From: Acidobacteriota bacterium | GTDB lineage: Bacteria; Acidobacteriota; UBA890; WLXD01 | Assembly (NCBI GenBank): GCA_965205505.1 | Contig: CBDBHB010000007.1 | Coordinates: 288,001 to 352,000, forward strand | Length of the DNA: 64,000 bases | Direction of reading: 5' to 3' | In this document: piece after piece, positions 40,601 to 48,598 of the stretch | Layout of the letters: every line of letters begins with the position of its first letter | Numbering within the stretch: the first letter of the stretch is position 1 | Program-made: the position numbers and the translations under genes | Notes under the pieces: model-generated | What the model saw: only the letters and a program-made list of their open reading frames with translations | The model's database searches: none | What the model was told of the DNA's origin: nothing

Positions 40601-43339
40601 GGCAGCGGCGTTGCAGACTGCCAAGATGGCGATGAAATGATGGTCCTCGAGCTGCCGGGCGAGCACATCGGCCCAGAAGAACCTGTGTGCCTGGGCATGC
40701 TGTTGCATCTGCTCGAGACGCTCCGCCGCGTCGTCCCAGACGGGTGTGAGCAACTTTGTTGCGGCATTGCTGCCCGAGTCGCTCGTCACCGCTTCCCAGG
40801 TCTGGCGGGCATCGACAAAGGCATCGCGAGCAGCCACAAGGAGGGCGCGGAGATGGCCGCGACGCCCCTCTTCCAAGGCCAGCGGAGAACGCGCCAGATC
40901 GGCACGATAGCCACGCAGGGCGGCGCGCGTGCGCTCCAGCCGAGCGCGCGTGGCTGCGTGGGATGGGCCCGGCAGCGCGCTCGCATCGGCATCGCGAATG
41001 GTATCCAGTAGCTCCGGCAGGAATCCCGGTCGTGAACCCAGACGCGGTTGTGGCTCGGGCCGGTCGGCGAGGTAGGCGTGGAGCTCTTGCTGCGCGGGTG
41101 TATAGGTCTGATAGATGAGCCGCTGCTGGGTGGCGCGGCTCCAGTGCACATCGCCCGTGGCGCGCCAACAAGTCTCGCATTTGATGCAGTTTTCGTAGTT
41201 GACCACCACCCCCGGCTGGCCCGCCGGGTTGCGCCGCACCTCGTAGACCTTGGCCGGACAGATGTTCCACAGCGCCGACGACGACAGGTTGTTCCGGTCG
41301 GCGAGCGGCGTCGGCCACATCACCTTGATGTGGGAGTGGTGGCCGGCCTGATACGTGATCGTGCCCAGCTTCGCCTCGTAGGTCGTGGTGATGGCAACGT
41401 GATCGTCATCGAGGCGGATGCGCTCGTGGTTGTCGGCCAGCAACCGGTTGGTGAGCCGCTGGCCGAAGCGGCTCGGCTCCCAACGCAATACCGAGCGCTG
41501 GAACCACTCGGCGGCCGCCTGCGTCAAGCTGGTTGCGATGACGGCAGCACCGCCGCCCGCGACCACGGCGACATCCCAGATCGACAAGCAACCGGCGAGA
41601 TGCCGTGCCGCGGCCCGGAGCTTGTCGGCCACGTCGGTATCGTCGTTGGTGTAGACCTCGCTGAAAGCGCTCGCCAGCGCGCCGCCGAAACGTCGCCAGT
41701 ACCAACGGAACAGCCACGGAGTCGTGCCGGACTGCTCCCCACCCGCCATCACGCGATACAGAGCCCGCAGCCGCGCTCCGTCGTGCGCCCGTGCCTCCGC
41801 CACGCCGGCCCCGGCTGCCGCTGCGACTGCAGGGTCGGAGCTCTCGGCCAGGCCAACGTGCGTACCCGATCGGCGCGGCAGGAAAGCCCCGACGGTGTTC
41901 CATAGCACCCGCAGCAGGTTGGCGGGCGTGGCCGCAGCGCGAACGAGCATGCCCAAGCCGACTGCGTGGGCCAGGGCGCGGCTGTCGGCCACGATCGAGC
42001 CGTTGCCATCCCTGACGACGCGACGCACGAGCCGCACCACGCTCCAGTAGCGCTTCCAGGAACCCAGCTCCGGACGCGACATGATGTAGGCGCTGTTGTT
42101 CAACAAATCGAGCTGCTTCTCGAAGAAGAACTGCGTGCGCTCGATGTAAGCCGGCCAGTCGTGCAGGTGCTGCACGCTGCGGTAGTAGTGACTCGACTTC
42201 ACCGCCTTGAGGTACGTGTGGCGCAATGCCCGCTCGGTAAACGGCGATTGCGTCGGATCGCCACTACGTCCGAGGCCACCAGAATCGGCGGCGATCTGAC
42301 GCACCGCAGCGGCAAAGTGCAGCCCCATCGCCGTCGCCGGCCCGGTAAAGTTCGGATAGGGAAAGTCGAGGCCGATACCGCTCGCGGCGCCGCCAATGGC
42401 CAGCCCCTCGTCGACCAGCCGCGGAATTTCCTTCAGGCCGCCGCCGCGGATGATCTTGGCGCCGTACGAGGTGAGCTCGCCGCCGTCGATCATGCGGGCG
42501 ATCTCCGGTAGGCCTTTGAACCACTCCATGAGGATGTTGTGGTCGCCTTCGAAGTGCTGCCGGAGGTTGTCGAGCGGTAGAACGAACCCGAGCGACAAGC
42601 TGTCGCGGTTGGTGTAGACGAAGCCGCCCATGTTGAGCCGCGCCGTGCGCCCCTTGCGCGAGGCGTTGCGGAGCAGCATCTCGAAGGCCACGCCTTCGCC
42701 CGGCGCCAAGCCAAAGCGCTCCTCGAGCACGTCCTCCGGGAGCGAGATCACCTCTTTCACGCCCTGCAGGAAGTGCGGTGCTCCCTCGGCTCGATCACGC
42801 TCCGAAACCTGCTCGTAGCCTTCCTGGGTGACCAAATGCGACGCGTCGCCCTCCGCGAGAAACACCACATCGGCATACGCCGGACCGCGCTCGGTGTGAA
42901 CACCGATGACGCGACCTCGATGCCGGATGAGGCTCTGAACAGTAGTCTCGCAGGCGAGCATGACGCCGTGCTGGCGCGCTACCTCGGCCAGATACCGATC
43001 GTAGACGGGCCGCAGCACCGTGTAACAAGAGCGGAAAACGTCGGGTGACAGAAGGCTGGCGCCGAGTAGGCTATGGCCGTTGTACAGGTAGGCGCCGCGC
43101 TCCACGAGTCGGCGCTCGTACGGCGCCGCCGCGACGATGTCGCGGCCGAAGGCATCCGGATGTTCCAGGTTCTCCGAAAAGTAGACGGCACCCGACCAGT
43201 TCTCGGCACCGGGGAAGATCCCCGCTTCGCAGACCAGCACCGCGATTCCGGCCCTGCCGAGGGCCATCGCGGCGATGATACCCGCCGGGCCGGCCCCAAC
43301 GACGATCACATCGAAGCGGTCGGGGGCCAACGTAGTCAT
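34655..43339 (-). CDS. Giant multidomain flavoprotein: FixC + FixX(4Fe-4S) + inactive-like ACAD + ACAD + EtfB + EtfA
   Basis: GAGPAG/GVKEVI/GGFVYTNRDSLSLG (FixC); CPAKVY..CIKCETC (FixX); GQIFGG..YYRD..FLLG (ACAD1); FALTEPTAGSD, NGAKMWITNG, IYEGTNEVQR (ACAD2); KPVP, NPAD, ALALGAD, DTGQG (EtfB); GATR, QIGQTG, SGAPQH (EtfA). Single uninterrupted ORF. Confidence 0.9.
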   Translation of the reverse strand: MTTLAPDRFDVIVVGAGPAGIIAAMALGRAGIAVLVCEAGIFPGAENWSGAVYFSENLEHPDAFGRDIVAAAPYERRLVERGAYLYNGHSLLGASLLSPDVFRSCYTVLRPVYDRYLAEVARQHGVMLACETTVQSLIRHRGRVIGVHTERGPAYADVVFLAEGDASHLVTQEGYEQVSERDRAEGAPHFLQGVKEVISLPEDVLEERFGLAPGEGVAFEMLLRNASRKGRTARLNMGGFVYTNRDSLSLGFVLPLDNLRQHFEGDHNILMEWFKGLPEIARMIDGGELTSYGAKIIRGGGLKEIPRLVDEGLAIGGAASGIGLDFPYPNFTGPATAMGLHFAAAVRQIAADSGGLGRSGDPTQSPFTERALRHTYLKAVKSSHYYRSVQHLHDWPAYIERTQFFFEKQLDLLNNSAYIMSRPELGSWKRYWSVVRLVRRVVRDGNGSIVADSRALAHAVGLGMLVRAAATPANLLRVLWNTVGAFLPRRSGTHVGLAESSDPAVAAAAGAGVAEARAHDGARLRALYRVMAGGEQSGTTPWLFRWYWRRFGGALASAFSEVYTNDDTDVADKLRAAARHLAGCLSIWDVAVVAGGGAAVIATSLTQAAAEWFQRSVLRWEPSRFGQRLTNRLLADNHERIRLDDDHVAITTTYEAKLGTITYQAGHHSHIKVMWPTPLADRNNLSSSALWNICPAKVYEVRRNPAGQPGVVVNYENCIKCETCWRATGDVHWSRATQQRLIYQTYTPAQQELHAYLADRPEPQPRLGSRPGFLPELLDTIRDADASALPGPSHAATRARLERTRAALRGYRADLARSPLALEEGRRGHLRALLVAARDAFVDARQTWEAVTSDSGSNAATKLLTPVWDDAAERLEQMQQHAQAHRFFWADVLARQLEDHHFIAILAVCNAAAAPPETDVGVSDDLCVEQQLEAVEWRRREAEPRDFEAWRGEVREGCERWFDNHAVRALERGEPMSDKQEDWLRNQIAAAAPQTDGYGLRDVVLEELAATDPALALMASSHLLAVDLLALAGAPQTELEAARVVAATIHGGQRAARRLQGGGVEIDVCADFVPTALAQRYLVVVGSDGFLIDADDPRLVIEDVGSVGLIGARIRRLRGDCITVPAARRVDLSGVVDEVVLEAPAAGEPWAAVLGVALPGYLATVRGSGRYLLQRAREHAAGRVQFPGTFEDEAGRDTVAKFGAVKQMLAEMEVHRYVLESMALANPGGGDQWTGQAVSKVLASQAFGPGDRSFSYNTGQIFGGTAFSEDDDIAKYYRDSAPFRFLLGHDDALCVQVGRRRLAAARSGCDLIPCGDDEQRWAARAAEHALLGEAARRYQAACQQTEEWAGGLGSADDDLTAYAAGNIVIEVLAAKSLLVRSMRRIDAGIPTEAMVEATRLVVDRLNAEIPALIDAAGLAPATLIAGDELLENGDFAAASIPDSEPYESVYTADQPHESGEWLRNGFDPGSRRCVPEILAHDPGLARYRRQLETELRERFEAPRFDGLPYGRYLEKLHMIPDEDLDYMVRRGFMRMPIAQQLGGEGALKAEYYILSMLIGRYGDAALSLAIMGNTSIGTTPALIGLYQDLPRARAELERVRQHPEVLGDIRDGIDRVLAMLRRPNTDALAAATAEIGSLVKKRVAESMVLKYLGGGFLRAFQAATRAGQQRDLESFGAQLRQARELIDDVLGAVEERLAEYPRRQRAHELFLKTISAGYISAFALTEPTAGSDSGGVKTMARAARRRVHRDDDGVLWFWLDQDNELERRYLLDADRVEHDYDERRLLYRFADDAEPALIDHSEYDYDQDAPERTRFYMHGGRKVQFIDIGLLRTDAAGNSFYEYWVLNGAKMWITNGRFCHCMALYARTEPEGVTGFMVDRHAEGLVVGADEEKLGQRGSPTNELSLNNVRVPHEAIIGFRGRGQVNALETLNTGRAGLAVTTHSTIAELAADAIPYLRGDVAPGFEYAPRAPARPLERYWMGRVAEELVGTASVTYEMIGLLDNKCTDSVRMESAIGKYYGTESEHDCIDWMERARGLEGQTWLHRVEKTRRDARVLNIYEGTNEVQRFLLLKDLVQRVLPEWQRGAGDPEGHELAYPELVAALGGARQRLLHHLEGAVASFGQLVWANVGLQPCFFRLAEVAGMTKVIDAVLYRLEWNARRQVPAEYRARLERASRLFVQRALARIEALERRCAIALEYLVEGRYSPETQLGFLSLEETGAPTEGWGLVPDDLIEQRQQPDLAREIEIAVLLKPVPATAPRPRLADGEFAEPLRLTNPADETALLAALALKKRDPQRIKVSVYTLAGVDGASVVRAALALGADHAVHLDSSASNGVGSVRHDGDYVARVVAAALNRRPADVVVCGASAADTGQGVVSSYLAVALGSKVYGGVESLRWGDGAATRLKIAAASWEGRELSVQIPCVVATLPRLGEAADYDLSAWLNAATAEIERLSAADLVGDRATVRVRHRARAVAASNGRDLRVDSPEDAVGVLLDVAGVGAAATDPASAYEGRMLSLREQPSDDEAGSCLFVLAPVGDELPASANSDLRLARDLADGVGMLLDVVVPVDTDQVSAEVVAGSVLAAVRPRRAYIVAMAGAAGFSAHGHLEWFEEFWAKYRGELRWLLAATWANELFARFVAGGVANTEAGRCWSWHNVESISNGGGHARVATRIYGGAARAEAELPLESGLRVLTLGTTVELDLTGGRRASEREQEPQVYKWSPDLEYDAGHDPLARFLASLAGDQDTLQDAEIIIDFGYGAGGRAGIDELAEPLRQLLVDEMGLRNVMIGATRKVTQDLELLPADRQIGQTGVSVNPKLIIALAVSGAPQHVDYIGDRAVILSFNVDPDAPLMKLNEQRKTPLVHPIVGDVWDTVPRFVEAIREHLRKARSA

Positions 43340-43478
43340 GACGTATAAGAGGAAGAACAGATGAAAAGAAAAACAGATGAAATAAAGACGTACGGATATG
43401 AATCCATGGTATTCGAGAGAGCAGAAGTCGACTAGCAGGCCCGACTAGTGGCCTGTTGCAGGCCACAAGAGGGGAGCT

Positions 43479-45005
43479 ATGTACCGTCATCGTGTGATCG
43501 GCCGCGCACTCCTGCTGTTGATGGCGACCACGGTCGCCGACGCCACGACCGGCCAGTCGGAGCCGGGCCGACAGCTGCTCGTCGGTGCCACGATCGTCGA
43601 TGGCACAGGTAGCACCGCGTACCGCGGCGAGGTGTTGCTCGAGGGCGACCGTATTGCCGCCGTCGGCACAAACGGATCGCTGCGCCCATCGGACTCCGAG
43701 GCGACGCTGACGGTGATCGATCTCGCTGGCCTCATCCTGGCGCCAGGGTTCATCGACATCCACAACCACTCCACCCAAAGTTTGCGAGACGACCCGCTGG
43801 CGACGACGCAGATCGCGCAGGGGGTAACGACGATCGTGGTGGGCGCCGACGGCTCCTCCCCGTGGCCCATCGGCGAGTATCTCGACGACATCGACGCGCT
43901 TTCGACAACGCTGAATGTCGGCACGCTCGTGGGTCACGGCACCGTTCGACGCGACGTGCTGGGCGACGATTACCGACGTGTCGCCAGCACCACCGAAGTC
44001 AGGGAGATGGCGCTCCGGGTGCGGCAGGGGATGCTGGAGGGTGCCTTCGGCCTTTCGAGCGGCCTCGAATACGATCCTGGCTACTACTCGACCACCGAAG
44101 AGCTGATCGAGCTGGCGAGCGTCGCCGGTGGGCTCGGCGGTTTCTACATGTCGCACGTTCGCGACGAGGAGGACGGCCTTCTCGACGCGATCGACGAGGC
44201 CCTGCGCATCGGCGTCGAGGGCAAGCTGCCGGTACAAATCTCGCACATCAAGACCGGCAACGCCGCGGTGTGGGGCCAGGCGCGTGCGGTTCTGGGGCGG
44301 CTCGCAGCGGCTCGCGTCGCGGGGCTCGACGTGACCGCCGATCAGTACCCCTACACCGCCTGGCAGTCGGGACTCGGGATCGTCGTGCCCTCACGACGCT
44401 TCGACGATCCGGTCGCGGTGGCGGAGGGCCTCGCGGCCGTCGGCGGCGGTTCGCGTTTGCAGATCGTCGGCTACGACGCGGACCCCGCGGCTCACGGCAT
44501 GAGGCTGAGCGAGGTCGCCGCCCGCGCCGGCAAGAGCGAGGTCGAGATGTACATGGAAATGATGGCCAACGGCGGCTCGGGCATCATCGGCCACACCATG
44601 AGCCAGGAGGATGTCGACACCTTCATGACCTCGCCGCTGGTGATGACCGCCAGCGATGGCGGCGTTGGCAGCAGCCATCCGCGCGGCGCAGGTGCCTTTG
44701 CTCGTATTCTCGGCCACTACCTGCGCGAGCGCGAGATGCTATCGCTCGAGCGTGCGGTGCAACGGGCCACCAGGATGCCGGCGCAGCGCCTTGGCCTCGA
44801 CGATCGCGGCGTCATTCGACCAGGAGCCATGGCCGACCTGGTGGCATTCGACGCCGCCACCATCACGGACCACAGCACCTTTACCGATCCTCTCCGGTCA
44901 GCCACGGGCGTGCACGCAACCTGGGTGTCCGGGCAAAGGGTATGGGCCGAAGGACACCCGACCGGCGTACGCCCCGGACGAGGACTGCGGCACCCGGCTC
45001 AATAA
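43479..45005 (+). CDS. N-acyl-D-amino-acid deacylase (D-aminoacylase) family amidohydrolase
   Basis: APGFIDIHNH, GLSSGLEY, SHVRDE, ISHIK, DQYPYTA, SDG, HPRGAGAF, ADLVAFD. Confidence 0.9.
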   Translation: MYRHRVIGRALLLLMATTVADATTGQSEPGRQLLVGATIVDGTGSTAYRGEVLLEGDRIAAVGTNGSLRPSDSEATLTVIDLAGLILAPGFIDIHNHSTQSLRDDPLATTQIAQGVTTIVVGADGSSPWPIGEYLDDIDALSTTLNVGTLVGHGTVRRDVLGDDYRRVASTTEVREMALRVRQGMLEGAFGLSSGLEYDPGYYSTTEELIELASVAGGLGGFYMSHVRDEEDGLLDAIDEALRIGVEGKLPVQISHIKTGNAAVWGQARAVLGRLAAARVAGLDVTADQYPYTAWQSGLGIVVPSRRFDDPVAVAEGLAAVGGGSRLQIVGYDADPAAHGMRLSEVAARAGKSEVEMYMEMMANGGSGIIGHTMSQEDVDTFMTSPLVMTASDGGVGSSHPRGAGAFARILGHYLREREMLSLERAVQRATRMPAQRLGLDDRGVIRPGAMADLVAFDAATITDHSTFTDPLRSATGVHATWVSGQRVWAEGHPTGVRPGRGLRHPAQ

Positions 45006-45013
45006 CGCACCTG

Positions 45014-45373
45014 CTACGCGATCTCCGCGCGCACCGCGCGAGTGAGCCCGTCGAACACCAACTGCCAAGAATGCTCCACCAACTCGACAATCAACGCGCG
45101 CGGCACCGTACCGTCGAGCAGCACCGTGTTCCAGTGTCTCTTACTCATGTGATGGCCGGGCACGACGCCGTCGGGGTAGCGCTCTCGTAGCTCCATGGCG
45201 CGCTCCGGGTCGCACTTCAGGTTCACCTGCGGCGGCATCCGCTCGAGCGCGATGAGCGCGAACATCTTCCTGCCGACCCGGTAAACGGCCGTGTCGGGGC
45301 CGAACGGCATGTCGTCGGTAGCGCCGCGTTGGGCCAGCAGCAGCTCGTGTATCTCGTCCAGTTCCATGCTCAC
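45014..45373 (-). CDS. MmcQ/YjbR family DNA-binding protein
   Basis: PFGPD..VYRVGRKMFA, NLKCDPE, PGHHMSKRHWNTV. Confidence 0.9.
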   Translation of the reverse strand: MSMELDEIHELLLAQRGATDDMPFGPDTAVYRVGRKMFALIALERMPPQVNLKCDPERAMELRERYPDGVVPGHHMSKRHWNTVLLDGTVPRALIVELVEHSWQLVFDGLTRAVRAEIA

Positions 45374-45565
45374 AGCCTGGTGCGATTATCTGCCCATGTC
45401 CAGAGGTGAGCCGCGCACAACGCGCCAAACGACGCTGCTCGGATCGTCGCGGTGGCGCACACTAGCACCCAACGCTGTGGCCCGAGATCGCTCGACATGC
45501 GCATGGTGTAGTCTCGCTTCGCTACGCGCGCCCGCGCCGTTTCGCCGCATCGGAGACCATCCGCG

Positions 45566-46315
45566 ATGTCCGCAAACAAGCGCCTCGGCCTCATCGGGTT
45601 CGGACAGTTCGGTCGGTACGCCGTACCGTTCCTGACGCCCCACTTCGAGATCGTCGTGTACGACACTGCCGACATCGCTGCGAGCGCCAGCGAGCTCGGC
45701 GTTCGCAGCGTCATGCTCGAGGAAGCGGCAAGCTGCGAGATCGTCGTCCTGGCAGTGCCGATGCAGGCGTTGCAAGCGACCCTTCGACAGATGGCCGGAA
45801 GCGTCTGCGCCGGGGCGCTCATCGTCGATGTTTGCTCGGTCAAGGCAGCACCGGTGCGTTGGATGCGCGACGCGCTGCCCGAGCATGTTGAGATCATCGG
45901 CACGCACCCGATGTTCGGACCCCACAGCGGCGGCGACTTGCTCGAGGGCCAGCAGATCGTCGTCTGCCCGGAGCGCACGACGCGACTGGATCGCGTACAG
46001 ACGTTCCTGGAGAGCCTCGGGCTGAGGGTGATCGTAGCGGATCCCGATCGCCACGATCGTGAGTGTGCCCATACCCAGGCACTCGCCCAGTACCTCGGCC
46101 GGGCACTGCGACGTGTCGAGGGCCGCCAGCTCGACATCCGCACGCCGGCCGCGACCCTGCTGCGCGAGGTCGAGCGCATCGTCGAGGCCGACTCGTGGGA
46201 GCTGTTCGCCGCTATCGAGACAGTGAACCCGTATGCGGCCGAGATGCGTCGGGAGCTTCGTGAGCGGCTCGAAGAGCTCGAAAGGCGCTTGTCGGCCGAG
46301 CCAACGTGCGAATGA
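45566..46315 (+). CDS. Prephenate/arogenate dehydrogenase family protein
   Basis: GLIGFGQFG, DVCSVK, THPMFGP, HDRECA.TQAL. Confidence 0.85.
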   Translation: MSANKRLGLIGFGQFGRYAVPFLTPHFEIVVYDTADIAASASELGVRSVMLEEAASCEIVVLAVPMQALQATLRQMAGSVCAGALIVDVCSVKAAPVRWMRDALPEHVEIIGTHPMFGPHSGGDLLEGQQIVVCPERTTRLDRVQTFLESLGLRVIVADPDRHDRECAHTQALAQYLGRALRRVEGRQLDIRTPAATLLREVERIVEADSWELFAAIETVNPYAAEMRRELRERLEELERRLSAEPTCE

Positions 46316-47130
46316 ACAAGGGCCTTCGCTGCGAGGACCACGGCCCGGTGCGCTGCTACCGGCTGACCCGGTATCTGGCCGGCCGACGCATCATGGGCGT
46401 GGTGGTCTATGTAGTCGATGGGTTGATGATCGATACTGGCCCGCGCAGCTGCCGAAGGGCTTTCGAGGAGATTCTCCAGCGGGAGAAGGTGCGCCGCATC
46501 GTCCTCACCCATCACCACGAAGACCACGTTGGCAATGCGGCCGTCGCAGCGCAACACACCGAAACCAAGCCGAGCATTCATCCGCTCGGTATGGAGCTGG
46601 TCCGTACTGTGCCGTCGTTGCCCTTCTATCGGCGCGTCGTCTGGGGATCGCCAGAGTCAGTCGACGTCGCGCCATTAGGTGAAGAGCTGCACACCGATAA
46701 CTACACGTTCCGCGTGCTGCATACGCCGGGCCACGCAACCGATCACGTCGCGCTGCACGAGCCCGAGCAAGAGTGGTTGTTCTGCGGCGATCTGTACATC
46801 ACCGAGCGTCCGCGCCGGGCGTTCGATTTCGAGAACATCGGCGAGCTGGTCGCCTCGCTGCGCCACGTACTGGCCCTCCCCGACTGCGAACTGTTCTGCC
46901 AACACAACGGGCGCTTTGCCAGCCACCAGCACCGGCTAGGCCGGCGGCTCGACAACCTGCTGGGGCTGCGGGAACGAGCTGTGGTGTGCTTCGAGGAGGG
47001 TCGATCGATACGCGAGATCGCCGTCGCACTGGGCGTTCGCGATGGCTTCAACCGCTTTCTGAGCAGCAACGAGTGGACCGGGCGAAATCTGGTAATGGGC
47101 CTTCTCCGTGATGCCGGCAAGATCGACTGA
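46306..47130 (+). CDS. MBL-fold metallo-hydrolase
   Basis: IDTG, THHHEDHVG, TPGHATDH, FCGD. Confidence 0.9.
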   Translation: MRMNKGLRCEDHGPVRCYRLTRYLAGRRIMGVVVYVVDGLMIDTGPRSCRRAFEEILQREKVRRIVLTHHHEDHVGNAAVAAQHTETKPSIHPLGMELVRTVPSLPFYRRVVWGSPESVDVAPLGEELHTDNYTFRVLHTPGHATDHVALHEPEQEWLFCGDLYITERPRRAFDFENIGELVASLRHVLALPDCELFCQHNGRFASHQHRLGRRLDNLLGLRERAVVCFEEGRSIREIAVALGVRDGFNRFLSSNEWTGRNLVMGLLRDAGKID

Positions 47131-48289
47131 AGAAGTTGCCGAAGAGATCTCGCTGATCGAGCCGACCGCCATGGCGGCGCTCGTAAGCTGGTACGAAATC
47201 GAAGCGCGCGACCTGCCCTGGCGGCGAACCCGCGACCCGTACCGGATCTTGGTCTCGGAGGTGATGCTCCAGCAGACTCGGGTCGAGACGGTAATCGAAC
47301 GCTACGAGCGCTTCCTGCGCGTCTTCCCCGACCTCGGCAGCCTGGCGGCGGCATCTGAGAACGATGTGCTCGCCGAATGGTCGGGTCTCGGCTACTACCG
47401 TCGAGCACGCAACCTGCACCGGCTGGCGCGTCGGGTCATAGCCGACGGATCAGACCGGCTACCCGAAGATGTGGATGCGCTGCGTGCGCTGCCGGGCATC
47501 GGCGACTACACGGCCGCGGCGGTGGCGTCGATCGCTTTCGATCGTCCGCACCTGTCAATCGATGGCAACGTCGGACGCGTACTGTGCCGAGTGCTGGACG
47601 TCCGTGACGGCCATAATCGCGCCGCCGTCCGGCGCCACATGCGCCGCGCCTGTGCGCCAGCCCTGAGGGCACATGCGCCCGGCGAGGTCAATCAAGCGCT
47701 GATGGAGCTCGGAGCCCGCCTGTGCACCCCGCGGGCGCCGCGCTGTGACGCTTGCCCGCTCGGCGACGCCTGCGTCGCAGCCGCCGAACAGACGCAGGAG
47801 CTCCTCCCGGTTCGCACCCAGCGCAAGGTGCGAGCCGTCGAGGAGGGCGCCGCGGTGATCGAACGTGACGGCCACTTCCTGCTATTGCGCGGCCAGCGGC
47901 CCGGAGCGCTGTCGGACATGTGGGAGTTTCCGACCCTGGACTCGCGTATCGGTGAGCAGATCGTCGCCGAAGCGGCGCCGCCCGCCGATCTCACCGCGAC
48001 CAGTCCTGCGTTGGCGAACGACAACGTCGCCCAGGCACTGCAGCAACACCTGAACGACATCGGGATCCATATCCGTGATCTCGAGCCCATCGGCGAGATT
48101 CGCCACGGCATAACCAATCGCCGCATCCGTTGCCACATCTACCGCCCCGAGACGGTGAGCATCGCGACCGACCACACGGCCCCTGTCGGCGCGCCCGAGC
48201 GCGACTGGTTCACACCCGAGGAGATGGCCAAGATCCCGCTGGGGTCCACCGCCGCCAAGATCCTCCGGCTGCTCGAGGCACGCGCTTGA
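47108..48289 (+). CDS. mutY: A/G-specific adenine glycosylase
   Basis: RDLPWR, SEVMLQQT, WSGLGYYRRA, LPGIGDYTA HhH, DGNV, NQALMELGA, CTPRAPRCDACPLGDAC Fe-S motif, WEFP. Start uncertain. Confidence 0.92.
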   Translation: MMPARSTEEVAEEISLIEPTAMAALVSWYEIEARDLPWRRTRDPYRILVSEVMLQQTRVETVIERYERFLRVFPDLGSLAAASENDVLAEWSGLGYYRRARNLHRLARRVIADGSDRLPEDVDALRALPGIGDYTAAAVASIAFDRPHLSIDGNVGRVLCRVLDVRDGHNRAAVRRHMRRACAPALRAHAPGEVNQALMELGARLCTPRAPRCDACPLGDACVAAAEQTQELLPVRTQRKVRAVEEGAAVIERDGHFLLLRGQRPGALSDMWEFPTLDSRIGEQIVAEAAPPADLTATSPALANDNVAQALQQHLNDIGIHIRDLEPIGEIRHGITNRRIRCHIYRPETVSIATDHTAPVGAPERDWFTPEEMAKIPLGSTAAKILRLLEARA

Positions 48290-48377
48290 GACCCCACCTT
48301 TGCGTCGTGCCCGCGCGATAAGAACCGGCTTGCGGTGGCTGCGCTTGCTCGCTACCGTTGACAGCTGCCTGACTTGT

Positions 48378-48452
48378 GGCCCTATCGTCTAGCCTGGCCA
48401 AGGATACCGCCCTCTCAAGGCGGAGACAGGGGTTCAAATCCCCTTAGGGCTA
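48378..48452 (+). tRNA. tRNA-Glu(CTC)
   Basis: Acceptor GGCCCTA/TAGGGCT, anticodon arm CCGCC-CTCTCAA-GGCGG, GGTTCAAATCC. CCA not fully encoded (followed by CCT). Confidence 0.95.
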
Positions 48453-48457
48453 CCTCC

Positions 48458-48498
48458 AAGAGCCGCGGCGCCTCGGTGTCGCGGCTCTTCTGATTTCT
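48458..48498 (+). terminator. Hairpin terminator after tRNA-Glu
   Basis: AAGAGCCGCGGCGCC-TC-GGTGTCGCGGCTCTT followed by a T-rich tract. Confidence 0.6.
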
Positions 48499-48598
48499 GC
48501 GGCATGACGAATCTATGTCCCCGCGCCACAGTCGCGGAGCGAGCCGCCTGAGCGCCTCCGGTTGACAGCTGTAGTCGCCGTCTATAATCAAGCGCCTC

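Noticed and set aside
36851-41011. Long plus-strand ORFs 36851..38869 and 38900..41011
   Set aside because: Antisense shadows of the giant gene, common at high GC, with no motifs.
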